The position numbers and the translations under genes are program-made. A stretch of 64,000 nucleotides of DNA, from contig CM082584.2 of the NCBI GenBank assembly GCA_040954595.2, forward strand, positions 1,953,344-2,017,343. The letters are read 5' to 3'. Below the pieces are notes generated by a model that made no database searches, was not told the DNA's origin, and was given only the letters and a program-made list of their open reading frames with translations. This DNA comes from Balanoglossus misakiensis (Eukaryota; Animalia; Hemichordata). This document shows positions 49,131-62,495 of the stretch, in pieces (the first letter of the stretch is position 1; each line of letters opens with the position of its first letter).

Positions 49131-51014
49131 TAGTGGAGCGGCCAAACCCTAATTTTCATAGCGATTGTGCATTTTGTGATAAAAGCACCAAACTTGGCTC
49201 AGATGTGTGTTAATGTGTACTAAACAAATTCAGATAGCGAGCCACTAAATATCTGTTGATGAGTTTCCATGGCAACCAATTTTTCAAAATGGCCACCAAT
49301 ACAGATAATTTCACCCACCAAATAACATCTGGGAACATCAAAATAAATTTAGATTTCTATATTTGATACAAGGAACTGTGGAAAGAATGATTTTCAAAGA
49401 TATTATGGTTACTAAACTACTTATAGGGTAAGTAAGTTATTAAAACACAATTTAACGGCGTAACTTTTAATCCCTTTGTTCTCGGATTAATAGGTGCTCT
49501 TCTAGAAATCAAAGCATACTGTCTATGGTCAAACATTAGGCTAATTGCGATATTTAACTTGCAGTACGTAAATTACACATATGAATCACAACAGTTTACC
49601 ACCTTAGCTAATGATAATCATATAAACAGATCACCGATATATCAGATTTGCACACGGATGTGGGCTTGGCTTACTCGTGACTGGTAAAATTTCCTTATCA
49701 ACTTGATAGGAGAGTCTACTGCCCGAAATAGACGTTGATCCAAACTGAGTCCGCGGTCGTCACGTGTATTGGTCGACAGACATACGTACACATAGGGCCT
49801 CAAACGCAATGCAATCTAAATGGACCCCAGGTAACGAACCATGCGAAAATGTCGGCTTTGTTTCGACCACAATCGCGACCGCAGCGTTGACAACGTTTTT
49901 TCGGGGCGTTGATGTTTGTCAAAATGCCATAGGAAATTTAAGAAACTTAAGTCGAATTGCTGAAACGCTAATAATCGACCATATGTCTTGATACTTTAGA
50001 TCATGTATCAGTTCCACTCCAGCAATTTTGTCGACTGTTAACAGAGTTGACCAAAAAATAAATGGTGTCTATGATTCCAAACTCATAAAAATTACAGCGG
50101 AGGACACAACATTATTTTATTTGTCGAGAATAGTGTCCATCATGCCATAAATATTGTCAAAAATGTGTGTTAATTATAGAAACCCAACTAAATATACAAG
50201 CAGTTGGCCTTTAGATTGGTAAATGGAAAACAGGTCTTATTGCAATTTTCTGGGATTAGGTGGCCCAATGCTCCCAACAAGTTACTTGGAATGTACTTCC
50301 ATTCTAATATCTCAATGTGTAATCTGACTTTGCAAGAGATATTACGGAAAACTTCATTTCATTTAATAGCATGAAGTAAGCAAAATCTTACTCTTTACAG
50401 AAAAGCTGTGATCCTGAAGACTTTTGGTGTTTTGAAGCTTATTTTCACTTTATCATTTTATTCTTTGATTTTGGGGGTTCAAAAATACACAAAATAACAT
50501 GTCAAAATAGAACTGCTGACTATCATCAAGGTGCGATTAAAATTTTCGATAACTTGAGCAATACAAAGCACTTCAAGCGACTTCATCAAAACGCTTTCCG
50601 AAGGACAAGTATTGGATGAAAAGTTTGAAACAGATTTTGATTTGGATTCCTAACATCTATCTATGTACATGCAACCTAGACATAGTTAGTTTCTATAGTA
50701 ACTTTAACAAACCAATCGACTGTCATGATACTGGATTTCTGCCACCATTTTATGGGGAAGTGATTCTTTATTTGCATGAATCATTTGATGAAGATAAAAT
50801 AGAAAGGCTAGATTCTGCACTGATTCAAACTGGTCAGATCAATTTATAAGGTTGAGAAACAAGATGCCGTTTTTCCTGGGTTGACTAAATTTGGAATTTT
50901 GTTCATCAAAGATATTTTTATGGGGAAAAGAACGAATCAACTGAGCTTTACTTGTTAAACTTTTATCACAAAATGCCCAAATGTTATGAAAATTTTGTTA
51001 ATGCCAGGCCACTA
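49131..51014. mobile_element. Nested element with ~55-bp imperfect TIRs starting TAGTGG (Academ-like termini)
   Basis: TAGTGGAGCGGC...AATTTTCATAGCGATTGTGCATTTTGTGATAAAAG versus CTTTTATCACAAAATGCCCAAATGTTATGAAAATT...GCCAGGCCACTA. No TSD seen. An inverted piece of its left end recurs at ~51235-51307. Confidence 0.65.
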
Positions 51015-53596
51015 TTATAATATATCTATGGCTATACAATGTTTTAACTAAGTTTGTTGTAACCGGTGTTATTACCAAACTTGAATTTCTTTAGCGACTG
51101 AATCTCGATCCTGTATTTACCCCTATAACTAGTTTAGTGATGATAAATATTTTGAAAATTACTCTTTGAGCAGTTTCTTGTTTCAAATATTGTAATATGA
51201 ATTTATTTTGTTTTTTTATAATTGGTATTTTGTGGGTGAGATTATCTGTATTGGCGGCTCGCTCTCTGAATTTGTTTAGTACACATTAACACACATCTGA
51301 GCCAAGTACGACACCCAAGTGGATTAAATATACATGTATATATGTTGCCTCACTGACACACAATCTTCACTTTGCACACAGTATCATATATAAAACCGTA
51401 ATAAAAATACACATTACTCTTTACTTATGAAGAGAAATTGTTGTTAGAGACCGGGTTTCAAAAAAACAATGAGGACGTCGGGCCATCAGTGTGCATTCAA
51501 CGTCTTATAACTAAGCATGAATATACGGTGCTGGCATAATGTGAGTGTGGCCATACGGTGCTTTCGCTATTAATGAATAACTTGTACGTTAACAAATGTC
51601 ATTTTTTTGGGCAAAAAGTATGTTTTTGGCTTTTCACAGCATTGAACATACATTCATAGTTCAATAACTTGTGAATTGTGGACCTAAACGTTCATACGTT
51701 CTTTGTTCTGGTGTTTTTTAACGGAGCGGTTGGTCACGATGTTACCAGCGAGCATGTACAGTCTAAACTAAATCCTTGTTGTGTATGTTTATTTGTTTGT
51801 TTGTTTGTTAGTTTGTTTGTTTTTGTTGTTTTTTACATGCTATTACATACTAATATGGAAAGTTTCATTTCAGTTATTCATTAAAATGCAAACATTTGTC
51901 AAAAAACATATGAATAGACACCTCACAGGCCATAGTCGTATCTTTAGCTTTCAGTTGTCAATTTTAGCATGACATCATGACTAATTAAGCTAATTTTGCA
52001 TATTTTCCATGCTGCACCTTGTCTGACAAGGTAACCGATTGCATATTTGAATTCCTTGACCCTGAAAACATTGGAATAGACACCTCACTTAACACCGTTG
52101 GCTCTCTTTTGTAGACCCATTGATTTTAGATGGGTGTGTCACCTAATTAACATAAATTAGCATTTTTACCAATTCACCAAATGTTTCTAAATTAAACAAA
52201 TTGTTTAAAAGTATTTAAATGAATATAAGAATACGATTTCAATAGACTATTATGGTGTTGACCTGTGATATTGCACCATAATGGCTACAAACAGCGTTTT
52301 CTTTTAGGTATTTTGAAATTATGACGTCACAAATTAATTTGCCATTTTCGACATGAAAACGTGAAAAGAATTTTTGGGAACAGGCAAATTCGAAATCAGC
52401 GTATTCGAAATATCCAAAAACAACTTGTTCCCAGCTTGTACCAAAAAATGCCTGACATGCTTTTAAAATGCTCATTTTCTGAAATTTCCACATACGGTGT
52501 TTTCGTGCTTTTCTGTGTAATACCACAATGGGAAAAAGAGGTGGTTGCCGTGGTTGCAGCAACACATTACCTAGACGGAAGTCACCCGTGTGAATTCCCC
52601 GAAAACCAATGAAAGTCTATGCCACGATCATCGATATTGTACGGTGGATATGAAGCCATCCGGCGGCGGCGGCCGTAACTGTCAATGCATGACCGTTGAA
52701 TGATAATCGGCCAGGTTTGAATCACGAGAAGACAATCCACACCCTTACAGGAAAATAGAAGCCTGTCAGTAGGAGAGGTCGACCAGTGATCAATATTCAA
52801 TTCAGAGCACAACTGATCGTTTATACCCGATATTGGTGTTCATTCAGTGTTCCAGCGACCGCGATTACACAGTAGTAGGTGAACTGGCAGGATGCGTAAA
52901 CACAATTTTGCGCTGGCCGACATCATGTCGAGATTGCTTATAATTATTCACTCTTTCGTCTGGCTACCCGGTACCCAGGGACCGCAAACTTCGATAATTA
53001 AGGTTGACAGCAATCAATGTGAAAACTTGAACGCACTATGTCCGACTCATCGGCTCCAAAACACACTGTACAAATTTTGAAACAAAATGTGTTGAATAAA
53101 TTTTGCCTCGTGTGAGTGAAAACCGTTTCCAAACTTGGATATTCGTGTGTATCAATGAAAATGTTTCATGCTTTGTGAGCGTGAGTGGGTCGGCCCGGCA
53201 TGATCGCCTGTTGCTGTTGGTTGTATGGTTTCATTTTGTTATAATGCAGTATGAAGCATGTGAAGGAACTTTCATGATTACAGCGACAAGTCATAAATGT
53301 TTCTGTTTGTCATCACCAAAAAGGCATATAGCTTACATGTAATTCAGAAGACAGAATTTTAGTGCTGGCATGGTACATATACATCGCGGCGCGATATGTG
53401 TCATCGCTGCTGACTGCGTGTACACGCATCGGCGCTGATGGAGTTCCCTTGTAATAACACGCGCGTATTTTGTCTGTTGAGGCAGTGATCGAAAATCGCC
53501 AAAAGACCACGATATATCAGTTGTCAATAAGTTGACATTGTCCAAGATAAGTAGATTGAGACCCAACACTCTAGTCCTAAACCTCTGGGCAATATT

Positions 53597-54412
53597 CCAC
53601 GGTTTAAGATGGGTCCCCCGGATCTTTTTGCCCGTTGCTATGGGCCTTTGCAGGACATTACACCCCGATTTGGACTAAGCCGTTTTCAGAGTCTAACAAG
53701 GGGCTGGTAACTAGTTGAAAATCTGCACGATTGTGAGCGCGCGCCCCCTGACGCCATTGATATGCAAATTAGCTAGGTCAAATTTCAAAAGCCTAAGGCT
53801 TTTTATTCCGTGACCTCAAAAACGAACTTGATACGTATTCATTAGTTGCTTGAACCAGAGAAGATCGTGACGGATTTTGTTTTTGAATATTATCGTTGTA
53901 TCCTACGATTTCAGCATACCCGTACCACAGCGGAAAAAGTCATCGATTTTAGGTGTTTTTGGACGCACTCTTCCACCGGTATCGCTTCTTAGCACGACGA
54001 AAACCGAAAAAACGATCCGTCACACTGTGTGGAAGTGCGTTCTCAACAAGCAGGTCAAATTTGACTGGCGTACGTGGCCTATGAAAAAAGCCTTAGGGAT
54101 TTTCGTGAACGGTACAAAATCTCTGTGTACAAAACATTGGATTTTTAGCGTTCGATCCAGTTACTGTGGTTACATGACGCGCACGCCATCGCTGACCGCT
54201 GCTTTGCCGTATTAGCGTGGCGGCCTATGGCCGGGCGGTAGCTGCCGTAAACATACTCGGACAGGGGGTGTGCACACGATCGTGTGTATTTTTAACTAGT
54301 TACAAGCCCCTTGTCGGACGTTCATAACGGTTTCGATCAAAATTGAGTGTAGTGTCCTATAAAGGCCCATAGAAACGAGCAAAAAGATACGGGGGACCCA
54401 TCTTAATCGAGG
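53597..54412. mobile_element. Nested element with ~140-bp imperfect TIRs
   Basis: TTAAGATGGGTCCCCCGGATCTTTTTGCCCGTTGCTATGGGCCTTT... is mirrored by ...AAAGGCCCATAGAAACGAGCAAAAAGATACGGGGGACCCATCTTAA. Confidence 0.8.
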
Positions 54413-55482
54413 CAGCAATCATTGTATGTGTAAGGTGCCTATACACATCCGCTGCCATTGCATGTTGTGTACTGCTTGCAATGCGTAGCCGTAGCCTAAC
54501 CGGGCCGAGTAGTGTTATTTTTTTCATAATCGCATCTCCCCTAGATGAAAAGGTATATATGTACATTTATTTTGAATGGAACGGGGGATCCAGAGGCTGA
54601 CCCAGCAAAGCTGTTTAGATCACAGACATGTATGATTGCAATTCAACCACTGCAATGTACAGTCTTGCAAACGTAAATGGGTTCCTCTTGTGACGTCACA
54701 GAAATGGGCGTGGCCCAAACAGAAGTTTTTTCTCAGGCCCTGAACATTTTTAAATTTAACATTTATTTATCCATATGAAATAAGTAAAAGGACACCAGCA
54801 TTTAACACACACGCCCATTTATTATTTATCCTCAAAGTGTGTTTCGAGCTAAGATATGCTCTTTAAAGGATAAAAAAATTACACTTAAAAACCCCAAAGA
54901 AACCAAAACAGTTCTGAAAGACATTCCCTTTAAACCAAAAAAAGCAATGGAATGAAATTGTGCAGAATAAAAAGACGAGTTTTTAAACCCCTTTTAAAAC
55001 TGTCTATAGATCCAGCATTGTGGATAGAAGGTGAGGTTGATGACACATATTCGTAACCACATATTAATTGATCAGTTGATTGTTTTTACACCAAAGTCCT
55101 CAATATCCATGGCAATCTCTTTCTAGGAATTTTAACACTCTCTATCATTCTCATTTTGACAAAATCCCCTGAAACTTGTGTACCCTGTCAGCAAAACTTT
55201 GTCTGATTTTTAAAAAAACAGATTACTTTTTCACCCTTGCAAACAAATTTTCAAAGATAAAATTTCACATTTGTTAATTTGTTTATATTATGCATAATTA
55301 TAAATGGAAAAATTCTGAGATAAAATTTCAACAAACATGTGTTCAGTACGAGTGTGCGGTTGATTTCAAATTTTAAAATGTGTGCAATGGACAGACAGGA
55401 TGCATGTTTTATTGTAACCATAGCAATATACAATCCCCAAACAGTGTAGCCACAGAAGAGATCAATATCCACAGTTACATAC

Positions 55483-55605
55483 CTGCACATGCATGGCCAT
55501 CCTCCAGCACATTGAAGCCTTGTCTGCAAGCGCAGAGATAACTACCATGGGTATTCTGACAATAGTGTTGACACGCATTTCCACCACTGTGACATTCATT
55601 CATAT
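55483..55605 (-). CDS. Calcium-binding EGF exon (123 bp, phase 1-1), intact
   Basis: ctccag|..|gtatgt. DMNECHSGGNACQHYCQNTHGSYLCACRQGFNVLEDGHACA: six Cys and the cbEGF consensus. Confidence 0.9.
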
Positions 55606-55817
55606 CTGGAGGGTAAGAGGAAATTAGAAATTATTTACAAGCATTACATTATTCAAGGTAAGCCTACTCTTGACTACTGGAATCTCACACCAAAGACAAC
55701 TGGGCTCAGATTATAACAAGATGGGGATAATTTTTCTCAATTTCATCATTTGAGACAACATATCCCCAAACTTATGTAGTGTCGACGTAACATTATAACA
55801 TAGTTATATCACTGTCA

Positions 55818-55897
55818 GGCATTTGTGTCCTACAGTCAAGGGGTTTTAGACACCTGCAGTCATTTCGATGGCGTTGGTTTGAATCCCACCAGTGCCA
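55818..55897 (+). pseudogene. Degenerate tRNA-Leu pseudogene or tRNA-derived SINE head
   Basis: 3' half CAGTCATTTCGATGGCGTTGGTTTGAATCCCACCAGTGCCA matches the long variable arm and T arm of tRNA-Leu. Acceptor stem GGCATT/AGTGCC. D and anticodon arms are decayed. Confidence 0.7.
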
Positions 55898-56733
55898 GAA
55901 GTGTGAGATGGTCAACTGGACTTGAGGCGTCTTTATTTCTAAGTCTAGGAGCTACATGCACCAACTAAGGCCTATACAGTGGCTTCTGGATTGAAGAGAA
56001 CTCGAAAACACATGCACTCACTTTTATAGGAGTAAACAGGTGTTAAAAATAACATGTAAATTTTAGAATATTTTGTTTAATAGGATTTGTATTCAAATTC
56101 TATTTCTGAGTCTTACACAGTGATGACCTTTTGTCATGCATTGATGTGATGCAACCACTCACTAATGCCACACTCTGTACAAATATACATGTTAACCTGA
56201 AAACAGACTTCTTCCAACGGTGAAGCAAGTCAGAATTTTGAGGCTGGGAATCATCTACGTAGTGCCCAGAGTCAATACTGTCACAGTAGTCCATTTCTTT
56301 ATGTACCAAATTGTACCAAAACATTGCTATGCATTCATGTTATCATGATCTATGACATTAATCAGCAATGTTCTATCATGTTAATTTATTCCTTGTAGTG
56401 ATATCATATGCCTTTTTCATAAAGAGGGTGCCCTTCCAAGACGCAACCATGAGGCCAGTTGGTCAAAGAGTAAAAACTTTGTCTTGTGTATCAACACTAT
56501 AGTTGGGACAGACTTTCGGCAGCCACAATTTATTGTAAGGTCAGTTTTACACGCAACTTGTATCATGTATACAACAAAGTAGATGAGCTCGAGCAGTACT
56601 CCAACAGTAACCAACTGGCCTCCTTTTTCACATTGTCTGCTTGGAGATGACACCTTATTTTGGAAGTGTGCCCTCTTTATGAAAAATTTTATGATTGTGT
56701 TACACGTATTACAGACAGAAATCAACACAAGTG

Positions 56734-56919
56734 CAGTCAAACCTGTCCATTATGGCTAGTGAAGGGACTTTCCTAAACTGGCCTTTATAGACAGGTGGCC
56801 ATTATACCTGGTAGAAAAGTCAATTAATGTAGATATAAATTACACAGGGACTAGAATAAAGTGGGCACTATATAGAGGTGGCTGTTTAATAGAGGTGGCC
56901 AGTCACAGAGGTTTGACTG
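56734..56919. mobile_element. pogo/Tigger-like MITE
   Basis: CAGTCAAACCT ... AGGTTTGACTG|TA. Present in both copies of block C, so it predates the duplication. Confidence 0.8.
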
Positions 56920-57064
56920 TATGTTGATTTGTGTCATGAATAATAGACATTTACCAATTATTGAGTGTACAATGTGTAATTTCAGTGTCACATATGTACA
57001 TGTATTGGACACTTACATTGCACAAATACCTACATCTTACTTTCTCCCAATTGTAGATACTCAC

Positions 57065-57170
57065 CGACACATGTTTGTTGATTTCTGTGCAACTTAAATC
57101 CTGGTCTGCAACCACACTGGTAACTGGTTGGTGTGTTGTAACATGCTTGTTGGCATGGTGACCAACCAGC
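57065..57170 (-). pseudogene. EGF exon lacking its 5' end and native acceptor (25-bp deletion)
   Basis: [35 protein letters not shown]|gtgagt. Relative to 61816-61941 it lacks TCGCACTCATTGTCATCTGTGGGGA. Confidence 0.85.
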
Positions 57171-57595
57171 TTGAAAACACAAATATGATAAATTGTGTTT
57201 GAATGAATACATCTGAATTACATGTACAGTTGGCTTTGAAAAAAATATACGACAAGAGAGCAAAATTGTGTGAAACTTGATAAATATCATCTGGCATATA
57301 ACTTGGTCATATCATATGTTTATCTGTACCAGTACTGTATACTGATAAACAAACAATGTAGTAACCACATTAGAAGCTAGTGTTTTGTTAGCCAAAAATA
57401 TCACACACGAGACAACAAACTCATTTTTTTCTAAATGTGTAACTTTGGAAATTGCCTGATAACTTTTATTTATTATTTTTTTTACATGGTGACTCGCTGT
57501 AATCTTTGTCACATACAACATGTGTAAGCGCCCTTTTGAGGCAGGAAATCCAAAGCAATTGTTGGTCTATCCCCTCCCCACTCAAAAAAACTTAC

Positions 57596-57718
57596 CTAAA
57601 CAATTGACATGATCTGCACTCAGAGAGAAACCATCATCACCACAACTACAGCTGAATCCACCCTCTGCATTTAGACACCCTCCAGCACAAACAGAATCTG
57701 AACACTCATTATTCACAT
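57596..57718 (-). CDS. Calcium-binding EGF-like exon (123 bp, phase 1-1), intact
   Basis: ttttcag|..|gtaagt. DVNNECSDSVCAGGCLNAEGGFSCSCGDDGFSLSADHVNCL. Confidence 0.88.
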
Positions 57719-58718
57719 CTGAAAATGGAGAACAAAACATCCATTGTAATTATTCAAGTCAATACCAATCCTCCCTTCCTTTAAAAATTTCCCTAATGTG
57801 AACAAATTCACATGGCTTTGAAATAAAGTATTAACAGTGATACGTCTAATATTTCTAACCGACACAACATTTCTAAACTTTGAGTCTCTTTGTGGATTTG
57901 TAGAAATGATCTACAAACTGAGCTGTCAGGTCATGGCTGTTTGTGCTTTGGCATGAACACATATCCCAGAATGCCCTACAGGGTTGGCAGTGAGATTGAT
58001 AAACTCTTCACCTAAGATTTCAAACTTGTAATAGATTGTCACACTCCTGGCATGCTGAGAGTGTTGGATCAGAGTGTGAGAACAAATCAATCCCACATTC
58101 TCACTGAATCGAAAGCTGTATATGATGCGAGCGCTGATTGGATGACAAAGAGTTCTTTAACAACATGTGCTAAATGTTATCCAATGACGCGATACAGAAT
58201 CTACAATGTGCCAGATGACAGTTCAAGAGTCATTTATTTAACGAATTTGGCTAATTTGTAGCCGTGTGAGAAATACAATCTCATACACCAAGGACCCAGG
58301 ATCATATTTCTCACACTCGTCATTGATATTTTGTCCCACATTCGCCTGCAGCTTGTTTGGGACAGAAAATCCCCAACTCATGTGAGAAATATGACACTTG
58401 TACAGTACTATGAACAGACCAAACACTGTTCAATTCAACTACACAGAACAAACTAATAGCAAAGTAACTCATGAAGGAAAACGCTGACAAAATCTACGCC
58501 TACCAGTAATTTTAAATCTGTTAACTGCATTTGAATTCATACAAATTAATTGAATATCGCCTTTGTGGTTGTCTGATGTCAATTATTTAATTGAAGAGTT
58601 GTTGTGTTAGAGTTAACTTGCCTGAATTGCTTGCCTTTCATTCTGACAGTCAATTATATTTTGAGGAAGCAGCTCCCTCTTTTAGATTGAAAATATGAAA
58701 TATTTAAAATATATGTAT

Positions 58719-59168
58719 TTATTATACATCTGGCACCGAGAACAGTAGAATTTAGCGTGCACTAAAAAAGCTGTACGGAATAGTACATACGTAACGCGTG
58801 TTAAATACGCCCCAAGTTTCAAGGCACCCCAACTCACTTTGTACAGGTATGTGTTGTTATGCAGACGGTTTCAAGACACCCCCGCTCCAACGCACGTAAC
58901 AAAAAAGAAAGAAGGCTGCTCACTGTTTCAGCTGAGCGGTTTACGATCGATTGTATCGGCATTTTGGGCGTTTTAAAAGCCAAGTAACATGCAACACAAG
59001 AACTAACGGAGATGTAAGATGTATAATAATAAGGTTATTACAAAAATACCGCAAAGTATGCACTCGGACATTAGCGCAGCGCATCACCCTCCGCTACGCG
59101 TCGGGAGATACTTGGCGCTAATGTCCTTGTGCATACTTTGCGGTATTTTCGTAATAACCTCATATTAT
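58719..59168. mobile_element. Non-autonomous element: TIR-bounded module plus ~140-bp hairpin, no clear TSD (possibly Crypton-like)
   Basis: Absent from the paralogous site at ~44115-44135. Module TTATTATACATCT...AGATGTATAATAA, then hairpin AGGTTATTACAAAAATACCGCAAAGTATGCAC...GTGCATACTTTGCGGTATTTTCGTAATAACCT. Confidence 0.85.
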
Positions 59169-61478
59169 ATTCCAATTTAAAACACTATATCACAAGTCAT
59201 CCTTTCACCAGAGGTTGGCCAAACCTTAAGGGAAACTGTGAGTAATTATTAAAGTATTAAATTATTAAGTAAAGATATTTGGACTTCCAACTCTTTGGCA
59301 CAATATTTTTTTAATATAGTAAATGGATAAAATTTTGCTATTTTACACCTAGGGCCAGTGGGCAAGCATTTAAATATAAGAATGCAAGGTTCTCAAAAGA
59401 ATGAAAAGTCACTCTTTGTTCCTTTGATTTGTGTATCATTTGATCACTGCAACCATACACTTTCATTGTCAAGAAGTGTCAAAACATCCAAAAGTCTATT
59501 TATTAAATGTGAGGTGCAAAGCTAGATATGGAGATATTACTAGAAGTGTAGTACAAAGACAGCAATTAGCAGTCAGGAAATCAAAGACTTGTTTCTTACA
59601 AAAAACAACAATAAACCAGCCATGCATGTTGTCAAAAGGACTTTGTACATCACCAATTGCAATGCAGACACAATATGAAAGGGAATGCTAAGGATATGGC
59701 CTGTTTTCAATATTTTTTACATTCTTGATAGCTGCTGTTATAATATTGCTCAGAAAGCACTTTATCCAACCCCAAGTGATGTCAGTCAACCACATTAAAA
59801 CAATACTGTTGATGTTGACAAAATATACCAATGTGGCATGTCACCTGATCAGATTGTAACTGTCAACAATGATGTCACTTCACACACGAAGAAACAAAAG
59901 CATGGCACGTACCATCACTACGATGATGAACTCAAATAAAAAATAGTTTGATACGCTGTTGAAAATGTCAATGCAAAAAAACCTAATGATTGAGTCCAGT
60001 CATACAATATACATCAAGCAACATCGACTGAAAGGTTTCAGAAAGTATTTTCAATACATTGGTTGTTGTTGGTGGTATGCTCAAGGCGTCAGATGAATTC
60101 TCCTTGCTGAGTTTGGTGGTCACCTTTCATTGAACAATGATAGGGCAAGTGCTCACACACTTCTTCAGTGAATTTCACTGTTTGATTATTTCATCATAAA
60201 AACTTGGGCACCACAGTCCTTTGGACAAAAATATTCATGTGTGGTGATTTAAAATCAATGTTGCAAGAAGCAGAATTAATCACAGGATTAACGGCTTCTG
60301 ATTGAAAAATGCTAAATGCTTAATATGCCATATGCCGCACACAGAGTGATCACATTAGTCAATTGGACCGCTGTTCCAAAGGACTAAAATGATGGCAACG
60401 TTTTAATATTATATTTATTTTACAAAACCCTTGCATCTGAGCTTTACTTTAAAGTACTTCCATTTACTAGTAGTACAAGTACATATCAGTTAACATTGAC
60501 AGCTAGGCATGACGTCATAGATGTAGGACTTCAACATTGACATTCGGAACAGTGGGGGCGCTCTATCATAGTGGGTTTTAATGAACATGTGTATTTAATT
60601 TTGTGAATCATATATGTCGATGAAAACTGCATATTTTAACAAACGCTTATAGTTAATGCATTTGCAGTATCTAGTCATATTACAGTAATACACCAGACAT
60701 GTTCTTAACTCAATCAATGTGTGTAAGTTCAATTTCTGACCACACTCAGATTACCCAAGTCCATGTGACCAACTCTACTTTAAGTATACAGACTTGAGCT
60801 CCAGAAAATTAATCACATACAATACTTGAACTGGAGCCACATCCAAAACTTGACTTTGAGATCTTTTATCAAATGAGTTTTCCTTTTAGAATTAGAATTC
60901 CCATGAAATTTTTGTGACAGGAGAGAAAATTTAAATTGGACACCTGCAATCTGAATAATTTCTTCAGTCCCTTTGGTGTTAGACGGGTTTGACTGTACTT
61001 GAAAGTGCAGTTGATATACACAACAAAAATGCTAAAAAATATAATTGTAGACAGTCAGAATTTTGAGGCTGGGAATCATTTACATAGTTCCCAGAGTCAA
61101 TACTGTCACAGTAGTCCATTTCTCTATGTATCAAATTGTAATAAAACATTGCTATGCAGTCATGTTACCCTTCCAAGACGCGAACACGAGGCCAGAGTAA
61201 AAACTCAATTGTCTTGTGTATCAACACTATAGTTGGGACTGACTTTCGACAGCCACATTTTATTGTAAGGTCAGTTTTACACGCAATTTGTATCATGTAT
61301 ACAACAAACTAGATGAGCTCAAGCAGTACTCTGTAACCTACTGGCCTCCTTTTTCACATTGTCTGCTTGGAGATGACACCTTATTTTGGAAGTGTGCCCT
61401 CTTTATGAAAACGCCTATAATGTCATGATTCATGAAGTGTTCTGTTACATGTATAACAGACAGAAATTAACACAAGTG

Positions 61479-61664
61479 CAGTCAAACCTGCCCATTATGG
61501 CTAGTGAAGGGACTTTCCTAAACTGGCCTTTATAGACAGGTGGCCATTATACCTGGTAGAAAAGTCAATTAAAGCGGATGTAAATTACACAGGGACCAGA
61601 ATAAAGTGGCCACTATATATATGTGGCTGTTTCATAGAGGTGGCCACTCAGACAGGTTTGACTG
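61479..61664. mobile_element. pogo/Tigger-like MITE (duplicate of 56734-56919)
   Basis: CAGTCAAACCTG ... CAGGTTTGACTG|TA. Confidence 0.82.
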
Positions 61665-61815
61665 TATGTTGATTTGTGTCATGAATAGCAGACATTTACC
61701 AATGACTGACTGTACAATGTATGATTTCAGTGTCACATATACATGTACATGTATTAGACACTTACATAGTACAAACACATACATCTTACTTTCTCTCCAA
61801 ATTGTAGATACTCAC

Positions 61816-61941
61816 CAACACATATATGTTGATTTCTGTGCAACTTAAATCCTGGTCTACAACCACACTGGTAACTGGCTGGTGTGTTGTAACATACTTG
61901 TTGCCACGGTGACCAACCAGCTTGATCGCACTCATTGTCAT
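61816..61941 (-). CDS. Calcium-binding EGF exon (126 bp, phase 1-1), open but with Cys2 replaced by Trp
   Basis: ccccacag|..|gtgagt. [42 protein letters not shown]. Confidence 0.82.
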
Positions 61942-62372
61942 CTGTGGGGAAAACACAAATATGATAAATTGTGTTTGAATGAATACATCTGAATTACATG
62001 TACAGTTGGCTTTGAAAAAAATATACGACAAGAGAGCAAAATTGTGTGAAACTTGATAAATATCATCTGGCATATAACTTGGTCATATCATATGTTTATC
62101 TGTACCAGTACTGTATACTGATAAACAAACAATGTAGTAACCACATTAGACGCTAGTGTTTTGTTAGCCAAAAATATCACACACGAGACAACAAACTCAT
62201 TTTTTTCTAAATGTGTAACTTTGGAAAGTGCCTGATAACTTTTATTTATTTATTTTTTTACATGGTGACTCGCTGTAATCTTTGCCACTTACAACTTGTG
62301 TAAGCGCCCTTTTGAGGCAGGAAATGCAAAGCAATTGTTGGTCTATCCCCTCCCCACTCAAAAAAAACTTAC

Positions 62373-62495
62373 CTAAACAATTGACATGATCTGCACTCAG
62401 AGAGAAACCATCATCACCACAATTACAGCTGAATCCACCCTCTGCATTGAGACACCCTCCAGCACAAACAGAATCTGAACACTCATTATTCACAT
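62373..62495 (-). CDS. Calcium-binding EGF-like exon (123 bp, phase 1-1), intact; duplicate of 57596-57718
   Basis: ttttcag|..|gtaagt. DVNNECSDSVCAGGCLNAEGGFSCNCGDDGFSLSADHVNCL. Confidence 0.88.

Larger units (their letters stand above)
48377..54862. mobile_element. TTAA-targeting DNA transposon (Kolobok-like termini), 6486 bp, non-coding, with nested insertions
   Basis: TTAA|AGAGCATATCTT ... AAGATATGCTCT|TTAA. Subterminal inverted motif TGACGTCACAAGAGGAACCC (~48571) / GGGTTCCTCTTGTGACGTCA (~54679). Confidence 0.85.
56230..58393. repeat. Local duplication block C plus part of B (paralogue at ~61053-63190), containing two EGF exons
   Basis: Near-identical introns and exons at ~4.8-kb offset. 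Confidence 0.95.

Noticed and set aside
53040-53135. THAP-like KIYSTHF motif inside the Kolobok-like element
   Set aside because: A single short match without the required Cys residues or a surrounding ORF.
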